In this document: piece after piece, positions 35,002 to 44,313 of the stretch | Layout: each line of letters begins with the position of its first letter | How positions within the stretch are numbered: the stretch's first letter is position 1 | Assembly (NCBI GenBank): GCA_964429275.1 | Contig: CAYSBJ010000001.1 | Location: 1 to 64,000, forward strand | Direction of reading: 5' to 3' | Source of the DNA: an uncultured Pseudomonadota bacterium | GTDB lineage: Bacteria > Babelota > Babeliae > Babelales > JAUPTZ01 | Length of the DNA: 64,000 nt | Made by a program: the position numbers and the translations under genes | Notes under the pieces: model-generated | What the model was told of the DNA's origin: nothing | Databases searched by the model: none | Seen by the model: the letters and a program-made list of their open reading frames with translations, nothing else

Positions 35002-37658
35002 GAGAGGACTCCATCAATTTCACGTCCCGTGTGGTCAATTTGAATAGAAGGAATGGTTACGTAGCCATTCGGAGGAAAACCAAACTGACTCAACACTGAA
35101 ACAAAACTCAGCTCACCTTCAATATCCAGTGCATGCTCACCATCTAAACAGCGTGCATCAGATCCTTCATTTAAAATCGGATTTCCATACCGATCAATTA
35201 CAATTGATTCTGTCGCTGAGAGCACTCCATTGCTATCAAGCACTGGACAAAAAGTACCATCGTATACTCCAACACCAATCGTAACATCAAGCGTTTCTGC
35301 ACCAGTGTCAGAATCGGTAGCAACTTCATTTACTATAGTTCCAGAATCAGAGGCAGCGCCACAGCGGAAAAAACAGCCTGCAGTACCTTCTAATACTATT
35401 GTGGCAAAACTCGTACCGGCATAAGACATGTCATATGATACGTTAGCTGAAGCACCATATGTGCCCAGTTCATCAATAATGAACGCCGAAGGATTGTGCA
35501 ATTTTACCGTAGAAGTAGTCCCCGCGCTTCCACCAAGCTGCAAAGGATCCACCGCCTGATTGGTTGTACCAGCAACGTAATCCAAAAAAAGATTATGCCG
35601 TATACGCAACTGCCCATTATCACCCAAAATAAAACCTGGTTGATACCCTTTAATTTTTTGTGAAGCCGCCCAATCGCTTGTTTCAAGAGAAGGTGCATGC
35701 GATAAATTTGAAGCTAAATATGGATACGTAGTATTGTTGTTAACAACTACAAGCCCACGCCGCATACTTGCATCACGATCAAGCCACGCGGGCAGATCTG
35801 CTTCTACATCCTCAACTAAAGTGCTATAGGCAAGATCATCGACGATACTAACTAGTGCAAGCATACCTGCTCGCTTATTAGGGAAGACATTTTCACGCAA
35901 GTCAGTTGCAATTACTGCACCACTTTCGCCAGTGCCAACTACCAACGATCCCCAAATATTAATTCCTGCATCAGAGCCAAGGCCAGAAATAATCCCTGGT
36001 GCAAGGTCAAGAATAGTTCGACCGGTTCCTTCATGGCACACATCGAATGCTAGAGAGCCATACCCAGGCGTATCAGCATCAGTCCCCGTTTCATTGTAAG
36101 AAACAAAACGCAGACATGACGATGGGCCAAAGAGTATCCAGGTAGTTTTGTTCGTCTCCGTGTTTACCGAAGAGGAATCGTCTGAAGCTTCTTGAGCGTA
36201 ACTCCATGGTTCAAAAACTACTTGCTGGACTCCAGAAGCAATATCATCCGCGGTTAAGTCCATTAATACTTGCACTGTAACACCAATAGATGCAGAATCT
36301 GGAGCAGCTGGCCCAAATGAAAGCGTCTTTCCTGACGGCAACCGAAAAACAGTAGAACCCTTCCCCCGGAAAGTCACGACAAGCGGTATCGTCGCGTTTG
36401 CTTGAAAGTAAACATTGTTCAAAACCCTTATCTCAAGCGTATTCCCCTCCGCCACATTAAAAATCAACTGCGCACATGTTGCCGAATCGGCTGGCTGAAT
36501 AACAACATCAGCATCGGGCAGACCGGTACCAAGAGTCAATACCGCATCGTTTGTTACTGACAATTCAATATCACCACTCAGCGCTACGGTATCCACAAAG
36601 GTCATAGTAGTAACTAAATCAAACGTAAAAGTGCCACCGCGGAAAAGACTGCTCGTTGTTGGGTCAATCAAGCCAACGTCGGAACCATCGCTACTACCAA
36701 ATTGAACACCACTTGCAAGTAATGTTGCATAAGCATCTTCAATGACTGCCTTATAATGAGCAAATGGTGTTGGCGGCAATAATGGCATTGCCTCCACAGG
36801 AGAAACCGTACCATCAGTTGTATCATGCCATAAAAAGTCATTAGTATGGTAACTCCACGTATGCAATGCACCAGTACCCGGTGGCGAAATTTTTACTGCT
36901 TGCGATGTCAGACCACCAGTAGCCAATGCAAGCTTCCACACAACATAATCCCATCCATCCGGAGGCGTGCTTCCAACAATATCCCACTGGATCTCAGTAT
37001 TTGTCATTGCTTTGAATCGCCACCACTTACTCGTCTCCTGCAAGAGCCACTGCCCATGCGTAAGATCAGAGCGGTACGTCAACGAAGAGCCAGAATCAGG
37101 GCTGATTTGAGACCATGTTTGCGCCGCTGAATCAAAGGCCCATTCACCACTTACGGGAACTGTTGGCGTGCCCGAAACAGTACGCACATAATTCCAAACC
37201 CGATCCTCCGGGACATACTGCCAATAGACTGAACTCACCGCTAAAAAGCTGTACAAGGACCCACTCAAAGAAGTACGCGTTACAGGAGACCATTTTTTAG
37301 TCGTTGCATTGTAATGCCATACTTGATGTGCATACGTAGTTGACGTTGTAAGATCATAGATTCCATCCGCAGTATTAACCCAGACACCATGACTATTGTC
37401 ATAACGCCACTGTTCTCCCGTTTGCATATTCTGAAAAACACTGCTCGCAGCCTGAAAAGTCCATTGGTTTGATGTGGCTATGTCGGTCCAAATCCAATCC
37501 CCAGTAAGTACTGCATACTCCCAATGGCTTGTCGCATCAGACCAAGAAATAACATTACCCCCTGGCTCTACCACCAGACCAGTGGCCACGCTGTATGCAA
37601 GCGAAGTTACACACAAAAAAATCATTAATAAAGAACGTATCTTCATGTTGAACCTCAT
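34998..37658 (-). CDS. Exported protein (886 aa): one Trp-rich repeat followed by module A only
   Basis: ATGA overlaps with both neighbours; an alternative start is ATG 37646. Signal peptide, then a W-x-(Y/F) ladder ending in LPPTPFAHYKA, then module A (FRGKGSTVFRLPSG, PGYGSLAFD, GTGRTIL, PGFILGDNG, VKLHNPSAF), ending at DHTGREIDG. Confidence 0.85.
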   Translation of the reverse strand: MRFNMKIRSLLMIFLCVTSLAYSVATGLVVEPGGNVISWSDATSHWEYAVLTGDWIWTDIATSNQWTFQAASSVFQNMQTGEQWRYDNSHGVWVNTADGIYDLTTSTTYAHQVWHYNATTKKWSPVTRTSLSGSLYSFLAVSSVYWQYVPEDRVWNYVRTVSGTPTVPVSGEWAFDSAAQTWSQISPDSGSSLTYRSDLTHGQWLLQETSKWWRFKAMTNTEIQWDIVGSTPPDGWDYVVWKLALATGGLTSQAVKISPPGTGALHTWSYHTNDFLWHDTTDGTVSPVEAMPLLPPTPFAHYKAVIEDAYATLLASGVQFGSSDGSDVGLIDPTTSSLFRGGTFTFDLVTTMTFVDTVALSGDIELSVTNDAVLTLGTGLPDADVVIQPADSATCAQLIFNVAEGNTLEIRVLNNVYFQANATIPLVVTFRGKGSTVFRLPSGKTLSFGPAAPDSASIGVTVQVLMDLTADDIASGVQQVVFEPWSYAQEASDDSSSVNTETNKTTWILFGPSSCLRFVSYNETGTDADTPGYGSLAFDVCHEGTGRTILDLAPGIISGLGSDAGINIWGSLVVGTGESGAVIATDLRENVFPNKRAGMLALVSIVDDLAYSTLVEDVEADLPAWLDRDASMRRGLVVVNNNTTYPYLASNLSHAPSLETSDWAASQKIKGYQPGFILGDNGQLRIRHNLFLDYVAGTTNQAVDPLQLGGSAGTTSTVKLHNPSAFIIDELGTYGASANVSYDMSYAGTSFATIVLEGTAGCFFRCGAASDSGTIVNEVATDSDTGAETLDVTIGVGVYDGTFCPVLDSNGVLSATESIVIDRYGNPILNEGSDARCLDGEHALDIEGELSFVSVLSQFGFPPNGYVTIPSIQIDHTGREIDGVLS

Positions 37659-40600
37659 TTTACTGACTCGATATCAGTAGTCTCATACAACTCTGGCACA
37701 TTAAATACATGTGACGAATCAACCTCACCAACGACAATGTAGTTTGGATACAGAGGCCGCTTAGAACCACTTGGCTCTGTACTTGGGTCTTCATCAGAAG
37801 TAAAGTCAACGTCATAATCTTGCACCGTACCATTTGGTAAGAAGTAAAGCTGATCACTTGGCGCTACAATCATGCCAGTAGCTGCTGGTAGCTGTGCTTT
37901 ACGACGACCAACAACCGTATCAATAAACAGCCGTGTTTTTGGTGTCAGCGATAACATACCACCACAATCTGCGTATACCACACCATCAACATCAGCTCCT
38001 GAGATTGGACGCTCTGGCGGCAATGCGTCAATATCATCACCAGCAGCGATACAGAATGAAGAGCCATTAAATTGTAAATTCCCTACACCAGTATCATATG
38101 GATTAAAGCGGAACCCTTTACTGTTTGCAGGATCAAGCGCCTGCAATTGTGAAAGAACGACATTATCCATAGCAGATGGGAGATAACCACTATCTCCTTC
38201 TAGCGTTGGCCATCCTAAATGCACTTGAGAACCATTAGCCAAATAAAGGAGATGGAGGCCATGCTCTGTATCATCTGCAACACCAAAGTCAGAAGCCGAA
38301 TCTATAGAAAGACGAATCGTTGTCGGACTGGCCGGCGGGATATTTCCTGCAACCAAGCTTGCAGTTGGCGCCGAGCGATAAACATCAAGGTACCCAGAGG
38401 TATACATAAGGCTGGTAGTCACCTCATCCGCAGCAACGTTTGCCTGGCTTCCAAGCTGTATAACACGACCGTATCCATTTTTATCATAATCACGTCCGCG
38501 GTCATAGCACACAATGTGCGAGGTATTATTAGCAAGAGTAGGATCAGTAACTGAAGATCCTAGTGCGTATTCTTGGACCGTAATAGCGGCCCCAGTCACT
38601 ACCAACGATTCATGACAATTAACCGTCGTACTATATAATTTCAGCAGGGGTGGATAAAGAGCATCTTGCAAGCTTGCAAGTTCACCGCCAACGACATGCG
38701 GTAATGCTTTAATAAATGGTTGCGGCAACACAGCCGGGGTATCAAGTTTTCGTGTTACATCACTGTGAATCCAATTAATAGAATCAAATATCAAGTTAGC
38801 GTTCAAAAAAATAGTTGAGCGATCGTAGATAGCATAATACGCTGCCGTTGAAGAAGAACCACTCTGTACCGGTAATGGACGAGTAAGGGCGCTGGCAGCA
38901 TTAACCGGCGCTTGCGTTAACGTAATATTTGTTGTTGAGTCAAAGGTCACTGCGCGGCCACTAATTGGCAAGAATACTGTTTGCGTCTGACCACCAGCAT
39001 TTGCAAGCCAAGAAGCCCAGGCCGCCCACTCTTCAAAATTGGTATACCCAAGCTCACGACCAGCATAATCAATTTCAACAGGTGGTACCGTGAAGAATCC
39101 AGCAACCGGCTCCCCTCGCTGGCCAACGTGTGAAACTATCGAAAGAGTGCCTTCAACATCAAGAGCGTGCGAGCCATCAAGTTCGGCAGTTTGCATAATA
39201 TTTTCGCCATACGTGTCAGTAATTGGAATATAAGTGCCATCATAATTACCAATGCCAAGGGCTACCGTAATCGCCTGCACAGTATCATTTACCACTGCTT
39301 GATCAAGATAGTACAATTCGTTCGTAAACGGTTGTAAAAAGAGCTTCTTTACAAAAGCATCAGTATCATTTGCCGCAGTCGCTCGCACAAAAAAACCAGC
39401 ATCGCCTTGCAAAATCACCGTTGGATGTGAATTGGCTATATATTGCAAGTCACTAATCGGAATCCCCCATTGATCGGTCTGGCGTGTCGATCGGCGCGGA
39501 AAACTTGGTATAGCTTGTGCATAAAAAGCAGCCGGATTATGCTTTTTTACTAAATTAGAAGTATATACAGAAAGATTTGCATGCGCCGTTGAAATAGATT
39601 GGTTAAAATTGTTCGCAATATAATCGATAAAATTGTGCGAATAGACCTCAATCTGTCCATTTACTCCAAGAACAAATCCCGGCTCATAATCATTCCACTG
39701 CGCCCACAATGAATCATCTATACGCAACGCACCTTCATAGTTATTAGTAAAATGTGGAATGCTATTATTATGATTGATAATAACAAGGCCACGACGATCG
39801 CTCACTGGTCGCGTAAGCCAACCTGCAGGATTAGAACTCAAATCACCAGTTGAAAATTCAACACGCTCTGCAAACGAAACATTATCAACAATGCGCATCA
39901 GCGCCTTAACACCAGCACGTTGGTTAAAATAAACGCCGGTGCGAAAATTAGAATTCAATACAATTGCTGGTGCGCGCGTCGTACTGGCAACCGTCGGAAC
40001 AAGCAACGCTCCATAAATATTAAATCCAGCATCGGTAAAGTCATTACCATTTGGATCCTGACCAGCACATAACTGCAAAATCATGCGGCCAGTTCCTCGA
40101 TTAGATGGATCAAATGAAATTGAACCGTACCCGGGCTGCAGTAACTGTTCAGCGACATCCTCCTTGCCATTAACCACAATGTTATCATTCCATGTTTCAC
40201 CAACACCGGCGTAATTATCCGAAATAAAAGCAAATGAAGATAATTGCCCCCACGTAATCCAAGTATCAAGAGAAAGGTTTGTATTCATAGCAGGTGTCAC
40301 AGTAGTATCAACATCATAGCTCCACTTCTCAAAGCAAAGTTGTTGTTGTGGTGCCACAGAAGAGTTGCCGTACACATCAATATAGCCCTGCTCCATATAG
40401 ACTTGCACATGCACACCTTGCGTACTAAGCGGCGCATCAGCTGGAATAACAATCGGGCTTCCATTCTCATCAGTAGTGCTAAACGCAGTATGCCCCGGGC
40501 TTGGTGGCCCAAATCGTAATCGGCGACCTGAAGGCAAGCGAAATACGGTACTCCCGCGACCACGAAAAGTTACATATAACGGTATTGACGCACCACCCGA

Positions 40601-41170
40601 AGAAGAGTTTGTTGGATCATGCGAAGAAAGAGCATCAGCACTTTCAAAATTAAGATCAGCGTACAAATTGACGACAATTACTTTACCTTCAGCAGGATTA
40701 AAAATTAACTGGGATGCACCGCTGCTCATAGTTGTTGTAGAATCAGTGTATGCAGAAATAGTAACCGGCAAGTTAGAGGCTGGTGTTGCAGGCGAGCCGA
40801 TGTTAATCGTAAAAACTTCCGGTTCAATTTGCGGATTACCGTTTGAATCTAACGTCGGATCAGAGCCGATAAAGCGAATTTCTACATCACCTTGGATGGA
40901 AACGTTATCGACAATCGTTAATACATCACTGCCAGTAACTTCAAAAATTCCCGCTTGCGTAATTGGCGAAACTGGCGTGCCATCAGGCAGATTCGGCATA
41001 GCAATGCTCTCTTCTACGAACTCAGTATTAAGGTCTGAGATAAAGCCGCCGCCAACGCCGCCAGTCCACGCACCACTACCATCAATGCTTCCCCATTGAT
41101 AATTCGTTGCGTGCACAATGACGCTGCTACAAATAAAAAGAGATAGTATATAAATAGAATGTTTGCGCAT
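37655..41170 (-). CDS. Exported beta-rich protein (1171 aa), intact module A+B; first gene of the operon
   Basis: ATG with GGAG 7 nt upstream. Signal peptide ...VIVHA-T. Motifs FRGRGSTVFRLPSG, PGYGSISFDPSNRGTGRMIL, PGFVLGVNG, VKKHNPAAF, IHSDVTR, VVGGEL, IQLGS, LGWP. Confidence 0.85.
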   Translation of the reverse strand: MRKHSIYILSLFICSSVIVHATNYQWGSIDGSGAWTGGVGGGFISDLNTEFVEESIAMPNLPDGTPVSPITQAGIFEVTGSDVLTIVDNVSIQGDVEIRFIGSDPTLDSNGNPQIEPEVFTINIGSPATPASNLPVTISAYTDSTTTMSSGASQLIFNPAEGKVIVVNLYADLNFESADALSSHDPTNSSSGGASIPLYVTFRGRGSTVFRLPSGRRLRFGPPSPGHTAFSTTDENGSPIVIPADAPLSTQGVHVQVYMEQGYIDVYGNSSVAPQQQLCFEKWSYDVDTTVTPAMNTNLSLDTWITWGQLSSFAFISDNYAGVGETWNDNIVVNGKEDVAEQLLQPGYGSISFDPSNRGTGRMILQLCAGQDPNGNDFTDAGFNIYGALLVPTVASTTRAPAIVLNSNFRTGVYFNQRAGVKALMRIVDNVSFAERVEFSTGDLSSNPAGWLTRPVSDRRGLVIINHNNSIPHFTNNYEGALRIDDSLWAQWNDYEPGFVLGVNGQIEVYSHNFIDYIANNFNQSISTAHANLSVYTSNLVKKHNPAAFYAQAIPSFPRRSTRQTDQWGIPISDLQYIANSHPTVILQGDAGFFVRATAANDTDAFVKKLFLQPFTNELYYLDQAVVNDTVQAITVALGIGNYDGTYIPITDTYGENIMQTAELDGSHALDVEGTLSIVSHVGQRGEPVAGFFTVPPVEIDYAGRELGYTNFEEWAAWASWLANAGGQTQTVFLPISGRAVTFDSTTNITLTQAPVNAASALTRPLPVQSGSSSTAAYYAIYDRSTIFLNANLIFDSINWIHSDVTRKLDTPAVLPQPFIKALPHVVGGELASLQDALYPPLLKLYSTTVNCHESLVVTGAAITVQEYALGSSVTDPTLANNTSHIVCYDRGRDYDKNGYGRVIQLGSQANVAADEVTTSLMYTSGYLDVYRSAPTASLVAGNIPPASPTTIRLSIDSASDFGVADDTEHGLHLLYLANGSQVHLGWPTLEGDSGYLPSAMDNVVLSQLQALDPANSKGFRFNPYDTGVGNLQFNGSSFCIAAGDDIDALPPERPISGADVDGVVYADCGGMLSLTPKTRLFIDTVVGRRKAQLPAATGMIVAPSDQLYFLPNGTVQDYDVDFTSDEDPSTEPSGSKRPLYPNYIVVGEVDSSHVFNVPELYETTDIESVK

Positions 41171-41175
41171 TAGAG

Positions 41176-41206
41176 CACTCCGGCGTAAAATTTTTACGCC
41201 GGAGTG
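41176..41206. promoter_or_regulatory. Perfect 15-bp inverted repeat (CACTCCGGCGTAAAA-T-TTTTACGCCGGAGTG) overlapping the operon's first RBS
   Basis: Arms 41176-41190 and 41192-41206 are exact reverse complements. The minus-strand GGAG (41181-41178) lies in the 3' arm. A regulatory role is inferred. Confidence 0.6.
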
Positions 41207-41273
41207 TGTACCAGATCAGGCAAAAGAAGCAATAGTTAAGGCGAAAGCAACACTCCGCCGGAACGATGCATAA

Positions 41274-42998
41274 TTAATCAATAGATAGAAAGAGTGCTTT
41301 CGCTTCACAGCTGCTCTTCAATTGATTAAACTGATCACAGTTCTGCAGTTGCTCATCTATTTCCTTCAAATGCTCAAAAAAATCGACAACATCGCGCGCC
41401 CTCTCTAAATCGCGGCGTCTGCGTGCCTCGATAAAGTATGCCGTCAGCATAGCTGCATCTTGCGCCTGTTTATTCCCAAACCCTGCAAAGCCCTGATGAC
41501 CCCGAATTACATCAAAGAGCTTAGCATCACCCATCGAAAGGTCCCTCGAAAACCGCAAATTCACGGCTTCTTGATTTTCACGAATAAGATACTGAATATA
41601 TTCCTTAGTCAATGTACCATCCGCCGGTCGCGTTGCAAAAAAATCTTTTTTTACATTCTCTAAAGCTTCCGTCAACTCTTCCAAGCTTGCACCCTGGCCC
41701 CATGGGCGTTTAGCCACAGATTTACTAACACGAACTGGAGCTGGTGTCGCATCGGAAAGCACGTTAGGAGCAACGGGTTTGGGTTCTTCTTGATCAGGCA
41801 ACACATCGCTCGGAAGATCTTTCTTTAGTCTATGACACAATTCTCTTATTACGATCTCGACGTTAGAGATGCATTTATCAATTTGTAGATCATCTAGAAG
41901 AAGTAAGCCTCTCTTCGTGTTCATCTTAGCTTTACCAGAACCTTTCAATTGGCGGAGAGTTTGAAGCCTAGAATGCTCAAGACTAAGGAGTGACTCGGCC
42001 ATTGCTTTCTTAATACTGACTACATTCCCATACCGACTAGATCCAGCTACAACCGCAAACGCAGACGCATTATTATGATCTGTGACAGAAAAATTCGGGT
42101 CAAAAGCCAAATCATGAATGCTCATGTGATCCAAAATCCTACTCACATACTCCGCGTCATCAAGCGGGTTTTGAGTTGTAGGCTTATACGACGCTTCAAA
42201 CGCTTTCAATTTTTCTTGAAAATCTTCGAAAGTCCATTGAGTATGCGTCGTTTTTTCAGTCGGTGTTACATCACTGTCACTCGAAACCGCTTCAACTTGC
42301 GCAGACAACAACGCTTGATGAGACTGCACTTGGCGTTGAAGCGCATCACACATCTTCTTCTTTTTATCGAGCTCGGCGACATGTGCTTCTTGCATTTTGC
42401 GTTCTTGCATTTTGCGTTCTTGCGCTTGAAGAATTTGCGCCTCTTGCTCAAGCCGCTCATAAACAGCCTCTTCCGCCTTAAGAATATCAGCACGCGCATC
42501 AAGCGCTTTCCGCAGATTTTCCTGCATTTGTTCTCTTTCGACGATAGCCAGCCTCATTTTGTCATTTAAGGCAGCAATCTCCTGAACGATTTTATCCTGT
42601 TGAGCCGCTACAGCAACATGCGATGCTGCATCGGGCAGGGAAGAAGCTTTTAGGGAAGAACCCTTTATTGCTAATCTTGCAGAAACATATGCCATAAGTA
42701 GCGTGCCGATAAGCCACCGAGTTGACGCCTTGACCATTGGATCTTGCATGCGAGTCATTAAGCCTCGAAAGGCCCCCCCTCCTTCCCTTGAGAAAAGCTT
42801 TCCAAGCGCAGCAGATCTTTTTTTATTAAATAAAAGTTTATAGGCCCCATAGGCAGCCCCCACCCCAAAGAGGCCAGCGCCCCCATAGTAAGTTTTCTTT
42901 CTTTCCCAAAATGGCTTTTCCACCGGAGTCGCCATAGACCGCGTCGTATTGAGACCAAAAGAAAGAGCTATTATCAAAAATATCATGCTTCTTTTCAT
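41274..42998 (-). CDS. Hypothetical exported/membrane protein with coiled coil (574 aa)
   Basis: Signal-like N-terminus, two hydrophobic segments and a long E/Q/K-rich helical region. AAGGA RBS. Confidence 0.75.
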   Translation of the reverse strand: MKRSMIFLIIALSFGLNTTRSMATPVEKPFWERKKTYYGGAGLFGVGAAYGAYKLLFNKKRSAALGKLFSREGGGAFRGLMTRMQDPMVKASTRWLIGTLLMAYVSARLAIKGSSLKASSLPDAASHVAVAAQQDKIVQEIAALNDKMRLAIVEREQMQENLRKALDARADILKAEEAVYERLEQEAQILQAQERKMQERKMQEAHVAELDKKKKMCDALQRQVQSHQALLSAQVEAVSSDSDVTPTEKTTHTQWTFEDFQEKLKAFEASYKPTTQNPLDDAEYVSRILDHMSIHDLAFDPNFSVTDHNNASAFAVVAGSSRYGNVVSIKKAMAESLLSLEHSRLQTLRQLKGSGKAKMNTKRGLLLLDDLQIDKCISNVEIVIRELCHRLKKDLPSDVLPDQEEPKPVAPNVLSDATPAPVRVSKSVAKRPWGQGASLEELTEALENVKKDFFATRPADGTLTKEYIQYLIRENQEAVNLRFSRDLSMGDAKLFDVIRGHQGFAGFGNKQAQDAAMLTAYFIEARRRRDLERARDVVDFFEHLKEIDEQLQNCDQFNQLKSSCEAKALFLSID

Positions 42999-43065
42999 TA
43001 TAAATCCTTCACACTAATAAGGTACTTTCTTGCCACTCTATAAAATTTCACACTCTCGCTCAAAG

Positions 43066-43098
43066 TTATAGGGCGTTTTGTTTAAAAACACCCTATAA
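43066..43098 (-). terminator. Stem-loop downstream of 43110..44111, probable intrinsic terminator
   Basis: TTATAGGGTGTTTT-TAAAC-AAAACGCCCTATAA on the minus strand: 14-bp stem with one G-U pair, 11 nt after the stop codon; the U-tail is short. Confidence 0.5.
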
Positions 43099-43109
43099 AA
43101 CCTATTCTA

Positions 43110-44111
43110 TTATACCGATGGCGACGACCCGTCTTGCGTGCCCTGTATCCCGGAAGAAGTAGTTGCTCCGCCATACCAGACCGCGTCTAAAGAAATGCGC
43201 TTCTCTGTACATTGCGTATGAAATGCATTTCGTGCTTCTTGCGCCTCGTTACGCGCCATCTCAAGATTATTCAGCTTTTGACCATTCGGCGTCGCAAGAA
43301 GTTTTGTTTCTGCAACGGTAATTTCTTCCTCTTTTTTTGCAATGCGTGTCGCTAATTCAGGCGAGATATTTTGCTTTCCTTTTTCATCTTTTCGAATATC
43401 ACGCACCAGTTCCTTCAATGCACAACGCTCTTCTGCAAGAGCTTTCAGCGCTCGTGCCTCATCAGTAGCCTGTAGCTTTGCTCGCTCCTCATAATATGCT
43501 TTGTCGGCAGCCTGATACTCTTTTTCTTTGGCCAGCGTTTCCTTTTCAAGATCGACATACTGCTGCTGCAGTAAAAGTTTAGCCTCACTTGCACCAGCTT
43601 TTTCCAACGACGCCTTCTGCGCTGTCATCTGTGCAACAGAATAGTCTATTGCTGCGACAGCCCGATCATGAGCCTGATCACTCGCCAATCCCGCAGGAAT
43701 ACCCCACGCTATAAGCGTTCGAGGATCGGTTGGTGTCGCTGGAATATCTTTTGCCGTAATACTTTGCCATCGATATAAACTTAACCCCATACTGATCATG
43801 GAGGCGGCACATCCAGCCGAAAGGAGAGAAAGAACTATGCATCCAATGCGATATTGACGTTGCAAAGCCACATTGTTTGGATCTGCCTTCAAGCGAACGC
43901 ATACATTTTTAAACTTTTTCGCAAAACGATAAGTGCCGTACCCAAAACCAACAGCACCAACAGTACTCACTCCACACGCAACTTTTGATAAAAATGCTGC
44001 AGCACTCTTACAGGCGCGGCGATCTTCCTCCGGCGATACTGCCGCAAGAGGAGCACCACTCAGCATAAGTGCGGGTAAAAGCAATAACAGCCTTGGAGTA
44101 ATAGATTTCAT
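43110..44111 (-). CDS. Hypothetical membrane protein: signal, two TM segments, coiled coil (333 aa)
   Basis: ORF track; GAAGGA RBS. The loop between TM segments contains DPNNVALQ, shared with two neighbouring genes. Confidence 0.75.
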   Translation of the reverse strand: MKSITPRLLLLLPALMLSGAPLAAVSPEEDRRACKSAAAFLSKVACGVSTVGAVGFGYGTYRFAKKFKNVCVRLKADPNNVALQRQYRIGCIVLSLLSAGCAASMISMGLSLYRWQSITAKDIPATPTDPRTLIAWGIPAGLASDQAHDRAVAAIDYSVAQMTAQKASLEKAGASEAKLLLQQQYVDLEKETLAKEKEYQAADKAYYEERAKLQATDEARALKALAEERCALKELVRDIRKDEKGKQNISPELATRIAKKEEEITVAETKLLATPNGQKLNNLEMARNEAQEARNAFHTQCTEKRISLDAVWYGGATTSSGIQGTQDGSSPSV

Positions 44112-44313
44112 AATAGTTCCTTCGTATTAACACTGCACAGAGCCGGTAAAAAGACGGTACAGTCTAGCACTTTTAGAGAAAAAGGTGCCTCCGGGTATAC
44201 ACTAGATTAGTAGTTACTCAGTTTTTGCAAAAGCATCTTGAGGCACTTGCGTATTTTTATTTTCAAAAGCTATCAACATTGATCACATCGATGTGACACC
44301 AGCGTGCTCCACA

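Noticed and set aside
2151..41099. Many short plus-strand and off-frame ORFs inside the operon genes
   Set aside because: They are shadow ORFs fully overlapping long, motif-bearing CDSs, with no recognisable domains.
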